Assembly: GCA_963759445.1 (NCBI GenBank) | Contig: CAVWZC010000009.1 | Location: forward strand, 1,704-65,703 | DNA length: 64,000 bases | DNA from: an uncultured Solirubrobacteraceae bacterium | GTDB taxonomy: Bacteria > Actinomycetota > Thermoleophilia > Solirubrobacterales > Solirubrobacteraceae | Reading direction: 5' to 3' | Part shown: one piece after another, positions 12,881 to 23,053 of the stretch | How positions within the stretch are numbered: position 1 is the first letter of the stretch | How the letters are laid out: every line of letters begins with the position of its first letter | Position numbers and translations under genes: made by a program | Notes under the pieces: generated by a model | What the model saw: the letters and a program-made list of their open reading frames with translations, nothing else | Databases searched by the model: none | What the model was told of the DNA's origin: nothing

Positions 12881-13360
12881 CTACCCGTCGGCCTTGTAGA
12901 CGAGCCGCGCTAGGGCAAGGATGTCTGCGAACGGGAGCTTTCCGTTGGTGTGGACATCGCCGGAGAACGGGCCGTGCATGAAGAACACGTCGGCGTACTC
13001 GAATTTCGGGTTGTCATCGTGGGAGTAGTAGCTGTCCGGGCCGAAACCAAGCACGGGGTGCGTCGTGATGGTGCCGGGAGGGGCACCGAAGCCCCCGACC
13101 GTGTACCGCGGCCCCGTCGTGATCGAGAACGTGCGCCCCGTCTTGCCCCAGGTGCAGGTCCTGAAGGTCTTGCCCAGTTCATGGCGCACCGTCAGGTGCG
13201 AGGCCGGCGCCGCGGCTTGGTGGAATGCCCCCGCGACCTTCGACGGATGAAGGATGTTGCAGGGGTTCGGCGGTCCCGCGGGCTGCGCGAGCGCGGGGCT
13301 CGCCGCCAGACAGGCCGCGATCGCCGCGGCTGCGAGGAACGACGGCTTCAGTTCGGTCAC
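12881..13360 (-). CDS. Secreted hypothetical protein (DUF3558-like PCxIL...CxW pattern)
   Basis: SD AGGAGG, signal peptide ending ALA-Q, NPCNIL and TCTW cysteine pair. Confidence 0.65.
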   Translation of the reverse strand: MTELKPSFLAAAAIAACLAASPALAQPAGPPNPCNILHPSKVAGAFHQAAAPASHLTVRHELGKTFRTCTWGKTGRTFSITTGPRYTVGGFGAPPGTITTHPVLGFGPDSYYSHDDNPKFEYADVFFMHGPFSGDVHTNGKLPFADILALARLVYKADG

Positions 13361-13543
13361 TAGCCTGCCCTCCTGTTTTCAGGTGTGGGGCAACAGCCAC
13401 GTCTCTCCACCCCGACGTCTCGCTGCCACTTGCTCTGCGCTTCCGGCGAATCCTATGCGCAGCGCGCGACGGAGTCGGGACTACCCCGCGGCCGCGCGAG
13501 CAGCGCTAGCGGCGACGCTCAGAGCCGTAGACTCCGGCTCTAG

Positions 13544-13616
<73 letters not shown>

Positions 13617-13619
13617 TCG

Positions 13620-13768
13620 GGGTTCTCCCGAAAGAACCGCTGCGGGAATATCCACTGCTGGAGTTCCATCCACTGCGCCCGCGGCCCACCCGGGTCGTCC
13701 ATGCGCCCCTCGGGCGCGATGAACCCATCCAGCGACATGGTCACGCTGAAGAACACCTTCCCGGCTAT
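13620..13768 (-). pseudogene. Truncated RibD-C/dihydrofolate-reductase-family gene
   Basis: AGKVFFSVTMSLDGFIAP...WMELQQWIF; expected TGATG coupling reads TGATA; frame runs into the tRNA 3' end after about 50 codons. Confidence 0.8.
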
Positions 13769-14274
13769 CAGTCCTCAACTCCCTTCCGAACAATCTCGAT
13801 GACGTAGGCAGCCAGCTTGCTCAGGGTTTGCTGGCCGCCCTCGATCGCGTGGTACTTCTCGACCGCCTCGTCGCGAAGCTCCTTGGTGGGGAACACGGCG
13901 CGCATCTCGATCCGGGTCGCCACGCCGTCGGGCGCGAACGTCAAGACCGACTCGAAGGCTTTCGGGTCGCCCCGGGACTCACCGTGCAGCAGCGCGATCC
14001 GCTCCGGCGGGGCGATTTCCGTCCAGCAGATCCACTCCTGGTATTCCGTCCCGTCCGGTCCGTGCATCACGAAGTCCCACTCCCCGCCGACGCGGAACTC
14101 GAACGCCCGCGTGGTGGTGGTGAACCCCTCCGGTCCCCACCACCGCGACAGGTGCCGCACCTCGGTGAACGCCTCGAACACCCGCTCCCGTGGGGCATTG
14201 ATGACCCGGGAGACCACGATCTCGCGGCCGGCCGTCGCGGGCTGCGCCGGCGCTCCTCGTCCCGTCGCGCTCAT
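13768..14274 (-). CDS. SRPBCC/AHSA1 domain protein
   Basis: REIVVSRVINAPRERVFEAFT, WWGPEGF, FEFRVGG, MHGPDG, GGQQTLSKL. Confidence 0.92.
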   Translation of the reverse strand: MSATGRGAPAQPATAGREIVVSRVINAPRERVFEAFTEVRHLSRWWGPEGFTTTTRAFEFRVGGEWDFVMHGPDGTEYQEWICWTEIAPPERIALLHGESRGDPKAFESVLTFAPDGVATRIEMRAVFPTKELRDEAVEKYHAIEGGQQTLSKLAAYVIEIVRKGVED

Positions 14275-14277
14275 CAG

Positions 14278-14619
14278 CTACTCCGACTGCCTTGCCTGCG
14301 TGAGGTCCTGCACGTACTCCTCCAGCCGGTCGAAGCTCTCGTTCCAGAACCGCTCGAACCCGCCGGTCCACGCGTGAACCGGTCGCAGCCCGCGGGCATC
14401 AAGGCCGTACAGGCGCTGCTTGCCCGCCTTGCGGTCCCGCACCAGTCCGACCTCCCGGAGCACCCGTAGGTGCTTGGACGCCCCCGGCTGGGTCATCCCC
14501 AGCTCCTGGGCCAACTCGGTCACCGGCCCCTCACCCGCCCGCAGCAGCATCAGGATCTCCCGACGCTGCTGCTCGGCGATCGCGTTGAAGACGTCCGACG
14601 TCGTCGCTGCTCGTGCCAT
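14278..14619 (-). CDS. ArsR/SmtB-family transcriptional regulator
   Basis: DVFNAIAEQQRREIL...MTQPGASKHLRVLREVGLV...GKQRLY; typical ArsR-SRPBCC-DHFR module. Confidence 0.93.
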   Translation of the reverse strand: MARAATTSDVFNAIAEQQRREILMLLRAGEGPVTELAQELGMTQPGASKHLRVLREVGLVRDRKAGKQRLYGLDARGLRPVHAWTGGFERFWNESFDRLEEYVQDLTQARQSE

Positions 14620-14628
14620 GGCTCAATC

Positions 14629-14648
14629 ATATACCGATATCGGCATAT
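14629..14648. promoter_or_regulatory. Palindromic operator overlapping the arsR -10
   Basis: ATATACCGATATCGGCATAT, near-perfect 20-bp inverted repeat abutting TATGAT N6 ATG. Confidence 0.7.
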
Positions 14649-14836
14649 CTCAAGCCGGCGGAATCAGCGGGCCTTGTCAGATCACGATGGTGACCCCTGT
14701 CAGCGGCTGCCGATGCGCCTGTCCAGCAGACGACACGCGCCAACGCTACTGGCCGCCACCGCACCGCAATTTCTCGATTCTCCTGCCAATCAGCGGGTGT
14801 GGGGTATCGGGAGGCATGAGGGGCCCCGAATGGGCC

Positions 14837-15361
14837 TCAGAAGCCGCGCCTGCAGACGCTCTTCGCTTCAGACCAGAGGTGCCAGCGTGGCTCTAACGGT
14901 GCACCGGGGCGCGCCGGGACGCGGTAGGCGAGCTGCGTGTAGGCGCGCGGGCCACGGGAGCTGCATTTCCCAAGGTGTTAGGCGCGCAGCTCGATCGTTG
15001 CGAGCTGCGTGTAGTAGCCACCTCCCGGCTTGAAGATTGCGTTGCGGCCATATCCGATCGCGGTCGCCCCACCCCAGCTGGCCCAGCGGATATGACTGAC
15101 AAGGCCACTCGGATCGCCGCCGTTGAAGATCTTCGGCGGCTTTGAGGTGCCCCAGCCTTCGCCATCCGGCTTCGCGAATTCCGCCGAACCCAGCACGACC
15201 TCGATTGGACGTAGCACCTTGGCCCCGCTGACGGCTACCGCAGTCGCTGACATTAAAACGAGGGCCAGGGCCGACGCGAAGATGATGCGTCTCCCCGAAG
15301 CCCCTGGCACACAACCGACAATACGGCACCGCTCGGCGAGTTGGAAGTCTGCCATCGGCAC
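14837..15361 (-). pseudogene. Secreted hypothetical protein interrupted by an in-frame TAA at 14978-14980
   Basis: Signal-like IIFASALALVLMSATAVAV; after IELRA* the same frame continues HLGKCSSRGPRAYTQL...AKSVCRRGF to TGA 14837. Confidence 0.55.
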
Positions 15362-15563
15362 CCCCTCCGAATGCCTCGGGCGTCGGGCCGTCGAGCAAAC
15401 TCGGAGCGCCGCGGCGAAGCTCTCCAGCGCATCTACCCCGGTCTATCTCTTCTGCCTCATTCACTCCTCCAGGGCGCGATTTTCCGGCAAACTCGCATAT
15501 CTCGCTGTCCGCGCATCGGCGGATATCCGGAGCCTCACGAGAGCGTCCCCTCTCGCTATCCGC

Positions 15564-16073
15564 TCATCGGCCGATGAAGCGTACCTTTCCGGTACCTGTG
15601 ACCTCAGTCACCGCGTAGGGGTAGATCGTCGCCTGACCTTTCACGGCAGCGGTGCATGTAAACACGAGGCCTTCCTCTTGAAGGACGTATGCAGGACACG
15701 TCACTGCTGCGGCGAGGTGTTTTTGCGCCGCGATTGATTCCCGGAGGGCGGTCTCGACTTTCGGAATGTCGAGTAAGACAACAGCGCGTTTGCTCGTGTA
15801 CTTGAGCTGTCCCGAGCGATTCGTCTCAGTGACGCTCACCGTCGCCGTCCCGACCGCGAGACTTGCGGTGCACGTGAACGAGTACCCGGCTTTTCTGGGA
15901 ATCGCCCGCGGACACAGGACGAGGGCGGGCGCCCGAGTCCTCCGAAGGAACTGGCTCGCTATCGCGCGTTGGGTTTGTCGGACATCCAAGTTAGAGCTAG
16001 CCGACGAGCTAATCGACCCGCATCCACACAACGGCACCAGCACCAAGGCTGCGACTGCTAGCCCCGACTTCAT
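15564..16073 (-). CDS. DUF4333-like lipoprotein with two Cys-pair repeats
   Basis: Lipobox-like LCGC; two repeats V.CP...G..FTCTA. Confidence 0.75.
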   Translation of the reverse strand: MKSGLAVAALVLVPLCGCGSISSSASSNLDVRQTQRAIASQFLRRTRAPALVLCPRAIPRKAGYSFTCTASLAVGTATVSVTETNRSGQLKYTSKRAVVLLDIPKVETALRESIAAQKHLAAAVTCPAYVLQEEGLVFTCTAAVKGQATIYPYAVTEVTGTGKVRFIGR

Positions 16074-16310
16074 GTGTCTCATAGCTGATCTCGTCGACGG
16101 CCGCTCGTCACCGTGGGCTCGCAGCCGAGGAGATCGTGAATCACACCGGAAGGCTACCGGTTCGTGTAAACGTGCGGGATCCCGCGATCGCCCACGGCAG
16201 GGAGGTGGCCCAATCCCCCGCGCGCCGTCTCATTGATCGCTTCGGCGCGCCGGACCGCCTTTTCAACGGTTTCAGGCATCCGGCGCGACTTCAACAAGCG
16301 CGCCTTGTTG

Positions 16311-16735
16311 TCAGTGCCTGATCGTCAAAGCGGCGATGCCGATTTTGAACACTCTGAGTGAGTCGGTCTTACCCGCGGTGTTGAGGGGAGCGATACCTTC
16401 ACCTTCCCTGAAGGAGTATGCGAACGCCCGGACCGCGCCGAATTCTTTCGTACCGAACGCGCCGACCTCCCATCCGTCGCCCGCTTCATCGGCGGCAGAG
16501 ATCGTGTCGAACACGATACCGGCGAATTCCGCACCGCCGCTTATGACCTTGTCTCCTTCCGGAAGAAACGCGATGGCGATCGCCACGTAGCATTTGCCTT
16601 CGGGTTTCATATTCGTCGCATTCCGGCGCGCTCGCGACCCGGACCAGGGCTTGCACTACGTCGGACCCTTGGCTCCCGCCGGCACCTGCGGTGCCGCGGC
16701 GCCTGCAGACCCTGCGGGGCCGGGCGCGACGGGAT
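16311..16735 (-). pseudogene. Degenerate collagen-like repeat protein remnant
   Basis: In frame with ORF 16311-16610: GPAGSAGAAAPQVPAGAKGPT* (decayed G-X-Y) then PEGDKVISGG; internal TAG. Confidence 0.4.
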
Positions 16736-16849
16736 GCTGCGAGTGCGTGACCAGCTCGCTCCGGCGAGCCGCTCCGGTCTCGCTCACGGCCAACATTCAA
16801 GGGAGCGGGCCACTTTTCCGCCTACCGCACTTATAGAGTTCGTGTGACG

Positions 16850-16987
16850 ATGACACGACTCTTGAAATTCCCGCGTACGCTCGTGCGCCGAGTCCGCCGT
16901 GGAGTTGAAGTCTTCGCCGCGGCAGCGTTCGTGGTGGAGGCGCTTCTCGAGCGCTTCGGCGACCCGGGCGTCGGGTTCTTGGCGTAG
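16850..16987 (+). CDS. Putative 45-aa small protein
   Basis: MTRLLKFPRTLVRRVRRGVEVFAAAAFVVEALLERFGDPGVGFLA; TAGAGT at 16834-16839; hairpin directly after the stop. Confidence 0.4.
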   Translation: MTRLLKFPRTLVRRVRRGVEVFAAAAFVVEALLERFGDPGVGFLA

Positions 16988-17099
16988 GCTCGGCTGAGGT
17001 TTAGCCGGGTTCGGCTGACCGCCCACCCTCGCCGCCCGTCTCTCGCGCGGACTGTCTGCTACGTCGGCGTGCGGTGGCCGACACTTCGGGCCGCGGCCG

Positions 17100-18014
17100 C
17101 TAGGTGACGACGCCGAAGTCCTGCGTGTACATCGCGCCGGCTTCCCCGATCCCGAAGGATCCCGGGAGCCTTGGCGAGATGCCGATGCCGGTGTCGCGGA
17201 AGTCTTGGTTGAGGATGTTCGAGCGATGGCCCGGCGAGGCCATCCACGCGGCCACGATCGTCGCCGGCGAGGCGTCCTGAAGGCTTCCCCAGGCGATGTT
17301 CTCCCCGATTTCGTAGGACATGGCGTTGCCGCCGAGGTATCCCGACGCTTTGAGGCGTTCGAGCACCGTGGCCCCCCCGGGGCCGGTGTGTTCGAAGTAG
17401 CCGCCGCCGGCCATGCTTTCGGCGTGGCTCTGGGCCGCCTGCTGCATGTCGGTATTGGGTTGTAGCGCGGCCTCGCCGTGCGCTGAGCGTTCGCGATTGA
17501 TCAGGCACAAGGTCGCAGCACGCACACTGGCGATGTTTTCCGGGGTGGGCGTAAGCCCGGCACCGGTGCAAGTCGCGCTGCTCTGGGCGACGCCCGGGCT
17601 GGCGGGTGGCTGCTGGCTGTGAGTGCTCGGAGCGCTCATGCTCGGCGTGTGCTTCTGTGCCGGTCGGACGGCGTGGGAGTGACGCGCCGGGCGTGAGTGG
17701 TGGCGCTTGTGGGCCGGGCGCTTCTCGCAGCTCACGCGCTTCCGGGCGCGGCGGACGTGGCGGCGATGACGCGCGCGGACTCCATGATGCTTTCGGTTTC
17801 TGCCTGCGTGCGAGCGGGGCTTGCGTGGGCACAGCGCCACGCGTCGCCTGCCGTGCCTGCGTCGATGGCTCACTCGGTGCGTCTTCGGGTGGTGCCGGGG
17901 CGCGGCTGCGGCTGGCTGCACCGTCGCCAGGACGACCGTTAGCGCGAAGATCAGCACGCCGGCTATCGCGAGCACGAGCGAACGCCCTCGCCGCCTACGG
18001 GCGAGCACGGGCAT
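17100..18014 (-). CDS. Secreted CAP/SCP-domain protein with basic His/Arg/Lys-rich linker
   Basis: TLCLINRER, AQSHAESM, FEH, GENIAWG, WMASPGHRSNIL, YTQDFG; N-terminal signal peptide. Confidence 0.9.
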   Translation of the reverse strand: MPVLARRRRGRSLVLAIAGVLIFALTVVLATVQPAAAAPRHHPKTHRVSHRRRHGRRRVALCPRKPRSHAGRNRKHHGVRARHRRHVRRARKRVSCEKRPAHKRHHSRPARHSHAVRPAQKHTPSMSAPSTHSQQPPASPGVAQSSATCTGAGLTPTPENIASVRAATLCLINRERSAHGEAALQPNTDMQQAAQSHAESMAGGGYFEHTGPGGATVLERLKASGYLGGNAMSYEIGENIAWGSLQDASPATIVAAWMASPGHRSNILNQDFRDTGIGISPRLPGSFGIGEAGAMYTQDFGVVT

Positions 18015-18234
18015 GGGCGCACGCATGCATGAGGGCGCACGGGTGGAGCTTGGGCCTGTTGGCAGATAGGGCGCGGGCACGGTTGAGCCGAAGCGTGAGG
18101 GCCGGGCCGAGGTGCCACCCTAGCCGGCGCGGCAGACATCGTCCGGGCGGAAGTCCGTAAATTGCGGCGTTTCTGCGCGGCTTGCGGCGGCGCTCGTTCG
18201 CGCCGTTCTCGGCGCCGGCTACAGTGCCAACCCC

Positions 18235-18894
18235 ATGAGCCGGGTGGCGGGGATAGCGACGGTGTGCAGCGCCGCTGTCTGCGGGGGCGCGGTGTGCGCG
18301 CAGCCCGCCGCCGCCCAGCGTCCGCTTGGGCGGACGATGGCACGCGCGGCGCGCGAGCTCGTGGGACTCGTGCGCGCGGACGCGCGCAGGCTGGCGCGCT
18401 CGGAGCAGACGGGCGCCATCATCTCGAAGCGCTGCTGCAACACGCGCGCGCTCGACGTCTTCTACCGCTCGCGTCCGTGGGGCTACGTGCCGTGGTTCGG
18501 AGCTTATGAGCTGACGCTGACCAGTACGCGCCGATTCCTCGGCGCGGTCAGCGTCTCCTACTTCCCGACGCCACCCAGCTGGCTGTACGGCGCGCCCGCA
18601 CAGCGGGAGGGCCCCACCTACAGCTTCACGATCACCGGCCCGGGGCGGCATCGCGGCTGGAGCTTCAGCGCGACGGACAGCTTCCTTGGATGCGGCGAAC
18701 CGTCTCCCTCCCCGGGGCCGTCGATCGGGGTTTGCGAGGGCTCGAGCCAGGCGATCGGCTTCGACGAAAGCCGTGGCAGCGCGCGCGAGTTCGCGCGACT
18801 CTTCCGTCAGGCGGTCGTCGTCGCCCGGAAGGCCCGGCACCACGAGCCGATCTCGGGGGAGAACCTCTTCCCCGGCCCCTCGAGCAGGCGTTAG
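18235..18894 (+). CDS. Secreted hypothetical protein
   Basis: Signal-peptide-like N-terminus ending AAA-Q; 219-aa ORF with coding-like composition. Confidence 0.6.
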   Translation: MSRVAGIATVCSAAVCGGAVCAQPAAAQRPLGRTMARAARELVGLVRADARRLARSEQTGAIISKRCCNTRALDVFYRSRPWGYVPWFGAYELTLTSTRRFLGAVSVSYFPTPPSWLYGAPAQREGPTYSFTITGPGRHRGWSFSATDSFLGCGEPSPSPGPSIGVCEGSSQAIGFDESRGSAREFARLFRQAVVVARKARHHEPISGENLFPGPSSRR

Positions 18895-18998
18895 CGCCCC
18901 GCCGCAGCCGCTCGCCGCGGCTGAACGCGCCGCGGCCGAGCTGGCGGCGGAGACCGCTCCGGCGCTCCGAGCATCGCCCCCGCGCGCTCAGACGGGGG

Positions 18999-19077
18999 GC
19001 TACGCGCAGGGGAGCAAACCGGAGCGGCCCCTCCCTCGGGGCCCTGCAAGGGGGTAGCGGGACCCCTCGCGCATAAC
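18999..19077 (-). ncRNA. Candidate structured small RNA (unassigned)
   Basis: Closing helix GUUAUGCGC-G-AGGGG/CCCCU-GCGCGUAGC with G-U pairs only on the minus strand; two internal hairpins; AT-rich promoter-like tract upstream. Confidence 0.4.
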
Positions 19078-19207
19078 ATTACAACGAGACGTCATAGCTC
19101 ACGCTTATGGCACGCAGCGGACCGCAGGTCGTGAGGCGCGGTCTGCACGCTGCGCGCCTACGCGACACCCAGGCTCGGCGGCACGCGAGCGCCATAATGC
19201 CGCCACG

Positions 19208-20147
19208 ATGGCAGAACGCTGGACTCGCGAGCGGATCCCCGATCAGAGCGGGCGCACCGCGATCGTCACGGGCGCCAACAGCGGCCTCGGCCTCGCGACC
19301 GCACGCGAGCTCGCGAGCCATGGGGCGCGTGTGGTGCTCGCCTGCCGGGATCTCGAGAAGGGCACCGTTGCACTCGCGGAGGTCCAGCTAGCCGGCCCCG
19401 CCGCCAAACACGAGCTGTCCGAGCTCGACCTCGCGAGCCTCGCGTCGGTTGAGCGCTTCGCTGAGCGGTTCGCCGCGGAGCAGGATGGCGTCGACCTGCT
19501 GATCAACAACGCCGGGGTGATGGCACCGCCGCGACGCGAGACCGCTGACGGGTTCGAGCTGCAGCTGGGCGTCAACCTGCTCGGGCACTTCGCGCTGACC
19601 GGCCGACTGATCTCGCTGATGCAGGACCACGAGGACGCCCGCGTCGTCACCCTGAGCAGCAATGCCCACCGCATGGGCCGAATCAAGCTGGACGACCCTC
19701 AGTCGCTTCGCCGCTACAGCCGCTGGCGCGCCTACAGGCAGTCGAAGCTTGCCGACCTGATGTTCGCGCTCGAGCTCGACCGCAGGCTGCGCGGGAGCGG
19801 ATCGACCGTGAAGAGCCTCGCCGCGCACCCGGGCTACGCCGCCACGAACCTCCAGACTGCCGCGGCGCCGGCGCATCGACCGCGGCCGTGATGGTGCTGA
19901 CGAACGTGCTCGTCGCGCAGAGCGCGACGATGGGCGCATTACCGAACTCTGTACGCGGCCACCGAGCCGGGCCTTCAGGGAGGCAGCTACGTCGGGCCGG
20001 ACGGCATCGGCGAGTTCCGCGGGCATCCGCGCGTGGTCTCCCCCAGTCGCGCAGCCCGCGATGAGCGTGTCGCGAGCCGCCTGTTGTGGGATCTCGCCGA
20101 AGAGCTCACCGGGGTCAGCCTTCGAGCTCGCCGGCTCCCCGGGCTAG
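19208..20147 (+). CDS. Short-chain dehydrogenase/reductase (retinol-DH/protochlorophyllide-reductase-like; frameshifts near 19870 and 20120)
   Basis: TGANSGLG, LINNAGVM, YRQSK (YxxxK), AHPGYAATNL. Confidence 0.9.
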
Positions 20148-20164
20148 GCACGCGGGCGGACGGC

Positions 20165-20206
20165 GCCTGCGACGGAACCCCCCGAGCTCGGGGCCTCGTC
20201 GCAGGT
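20165..20206. terminator. GC-rich hairpin between convergent genes
   Basis: CCTGCGACG...CCCCGAGCTCGGGG...CGTCGCAGG inverted repeat. Confidence 0.55.
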
Positions 20207-20224
20207 CCGCCCAGCGTCAGCTAC

Positions 20225-22862
20225 CTACGGTTTGCAGTTTTCGGCCGCTTCGGCGAGCGGTTCCGCCAGGCATTCTTCCTGGTGAGAGCTGAATTCGATC
20301 ACCTGCTGGAACGTCGAGCGGTTCGTCCAAGGCATGGTGTACGGGACCTGCATTTTTTTCTTCGTGACATCGAGGATGCCGGGCGGGAATTCGATCCGCA
20401 CGACCGATGCTTTCCATTTCTTCGGGACCGCACCGCCCTGCGCGGTCTGCGCTTTTTCGAGCGCCGCCTGAATCGTCGCCCAGAGTTCTTTCCGGCATTC
20501 CTTGAGACTCCCGTTGCCGCAGTAACCGCGACTGTATGGTGCCGTCACGGGTTCTTTCAGCAGCGAGCGCAGGTCCTTGTCGACGTATCCGTACCAGCCG
20601 TCCCCAAATGACGAGCCGCCGGAGTTCCGGTTGTTGTCGATCGAAGTGAATGACTTGAATTCACTCAGCAGTTCTTCGCCGAGCACCGGTTTCAGCACGG
20701 TTTCCTCTACCGGGTCGAAGATCGCGTCCATGACCGCTGCAGCAGCCTGTCTTCGGCCTTTCCTTGCCGGCGAGGCTCGCGCCTTTCTTGATCCACGGGG
20801 GAAGCAGCTTTACGGCTTCTTCGGCGAGTTTGCTCGGCGCTTTTTCGCCTTCGAGCACCTTTTCGATCAGGGGCCAGACCTCGAGCGCGCGCAGATCCTC
20901 GGTTGCGGCCTTGTTCATGATCGAGACGTCGTTTTCCTCCTTCATCGTTTCCGTGAAGCCGCGGTACATCTGCACGCGGTGGATCGGGCCGTAGCCATAG
21001 GTGCTCGAGGCAGCTCCCCATCCCGGCGCCGGCTTGTTGTTCCAGTTCAGGAGCTCGCCTTTGGTGAGGATGGCGTGCGGGTGTTCGGCCAGGGTCAGGA
21101 AGCCTTTCCAGTCGTACGGCCCGGTCCCGATCGTCGGCAGAGCCGGATCGGTTTCGGGCGCTAGCTTCGGCAGGCGTCCGGTCGAGAGGAAGGCAACGTG
21201 CTTTTCGTCGACGTAGGCCATGTTGAACGTCGTCTCGAGCTCGTTCGCCGCTTCGAAGAACTGTTCCGGTGAGTGCACGCGGTCTGAGTCGAGGTCGCTG
21301 AACGCGAGCTCGCCTGCGGGCTCGCGCCCGCGGGTGCTCCGGTCGATGGAGACGGCGAACAGTTCGCCGTTGACCTTCACGGTTCCGCTGACCGGGCCGT
21401 AGAGGCTTTCTTTGAAGAACACCTCGTGCGCCCCTTCGGAGCCAGATGCGCCGATTTTTCCTGCATCGAAGGTTTTCATCTTCATGCATACCATTTCGTG
21501 CGCTTCGTTTTCGTGTTCGTAGTATTCATCCGAGCGGGTCACTTCTTCGCCTTCGTGGCTGCATAGTTTCAGCAGGAACTGCTGTTCGTTCTCGCTGCTC
21601 GCACTGGTGAGGCTCCATGCGAAGTCTCGGCCCCTGCCGATGAATACGTACGGCGAAATCGGCGCGATGACTCCCGAAGCATCGAGGCCGGGGGCGTGCA
21701 TGTCCGCCTGGAAGACGATCTCCGGGTAGAAGTAGCCGAGCTGTGGCCCCATCACCGCGATCGAGTGTTTCGCGGCGGTGCTTTCCGAGCCGACCAGCAG
21801 GAAGTTCGACATCTTTCGCCGTGACGCTTGCACTGCCGTCATCGCCTTCTTGACGCCCTGGCTGAACGAGCCGGGTTCGATCACTGCCGCGCCCGCAGGC
21901 GGTTTGCCGGTCGGTTCCGTGTCGTAGGGGAACGCCGTCGTGGCCGTCGTGGGCGCTTCGGGGTCGTTGCTCTCGCGCAGGTCGTGGAAGATTTCAAGTC
22001 CGGCTTTTTCGCCGTACTTTTTCTCCAGCTTCGCGAGGAAGTTCGAGTTGTTCACTTCGTTGCCGCCGCCGTTCCCGAAGATCGAGCCGATGAAGGCGAA
22101 CCCCGCGATCGCGTCGGTGAGGTTCACTGTTTTGCCGATTTCTTCTACGTCGTTCGGCGGAAGCGTTGCCTCGTAGGCGTTGACGCCTGCGACCCAGTTT
22201 TCGAGGTCTTCGATGACCTGTTCTCCGCGTGCCCCATCTTTTTTGAGAATTTCTAGCTGGTTGCCGACGTATTCTTCGGCCTGGGTGCTCGGCGCGAAGC
22301 TACGGTTGGTGAGTAGAAGTTCGAACGCGTTCAGCCCCGGCACGCTCAATGCGGCCACGAACGCCGGCCCGAGCCCCAGCTTGAGCAGCAGGCCGCGGTC
22401 CTTGGCTGCAACCCAGCCCGAGCCGTACATCGCGTTGCCGCGCGTTTCGCCGAAGATGTGTGGGAGGTAGTGGCTATCGCGATCGATTTCAAGGCCGAGC
22501 TTGGGCTTTTCGACGCAGTTGACTGGCGCCGCTTTCGTGCATGCGGGTAGCGCGCCACCCGGCGAGGCGAATTTCTCGGAGAGGTAGTCTTTTTCGATCA
22601 AGCTCTGGGTGACTTTGCCTTCCTTGGGCGTGAGCGCGCTGTAGAGTTCGCCCTGGTCGGTCGAGTACGGGCCCGGTATGTAGCTGCCCTGGGCTCCCGG
22701 TGCGAGAATCTGGAAAGCACCACCTGAGTCGTCGGTGGCGGAAGCGCTCGCGGCGGCTAGCGCGAACGCTGCGCAAGCGAGTAGCCCTGCAAATACCAGG
22801 CGCACGAGCCGCAACTGCGCGCGCCCGCCAACCATCCGTGTCGTGTTTCCCTCGTCGTACAC
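20225..22862 (-). CDS. Secreted penicillin acylase (Ntn-hydrolase) family protein (frameshift near 20745)
   Basis: Signal peptide; RDSHYLPHI, GWVAAKDR, beta-chain start M|SNFLLV, GPQLGYFYP, IGRGRDFAWSLTS, NWNNKP, NRSTFQQ. Confidence 0.85.
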
Positions 22863-23053
22863 CCCGCCCCTCCTCGCCGCCCGTCACCCCCGTGGCGGGC
22901 AATCGACTCCATCTCCGAGCCCGTGATGCTATCACCGCCGTTGCCCGCGGAGGCGCTTGTGCGCCGCGACGCGGGCTCTCGCGGTTGCGGGAAGGCTCGA
23001 CCGGACCCTCGGGCTCCCCTCCGGACGGCTCGCCGAAGCGGCCGCCCGGAGGA

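Noticed and set aside
16985-17030. c-di-AMP (ydaO) riboswitch fragment CCGAACCCGGCTAAACC
   Set aside because: Lacks the GCUGAAUCC, GGGGAACC and GUCAGCUAAC core; better explained as a terminator hairpin.
13617-17060. Active integrative element or prophage at tRNA-Arg
   Set aside because: No integrase, transposase, phage gene or att direct repeat was found in the window; kept only as a decayed islet.
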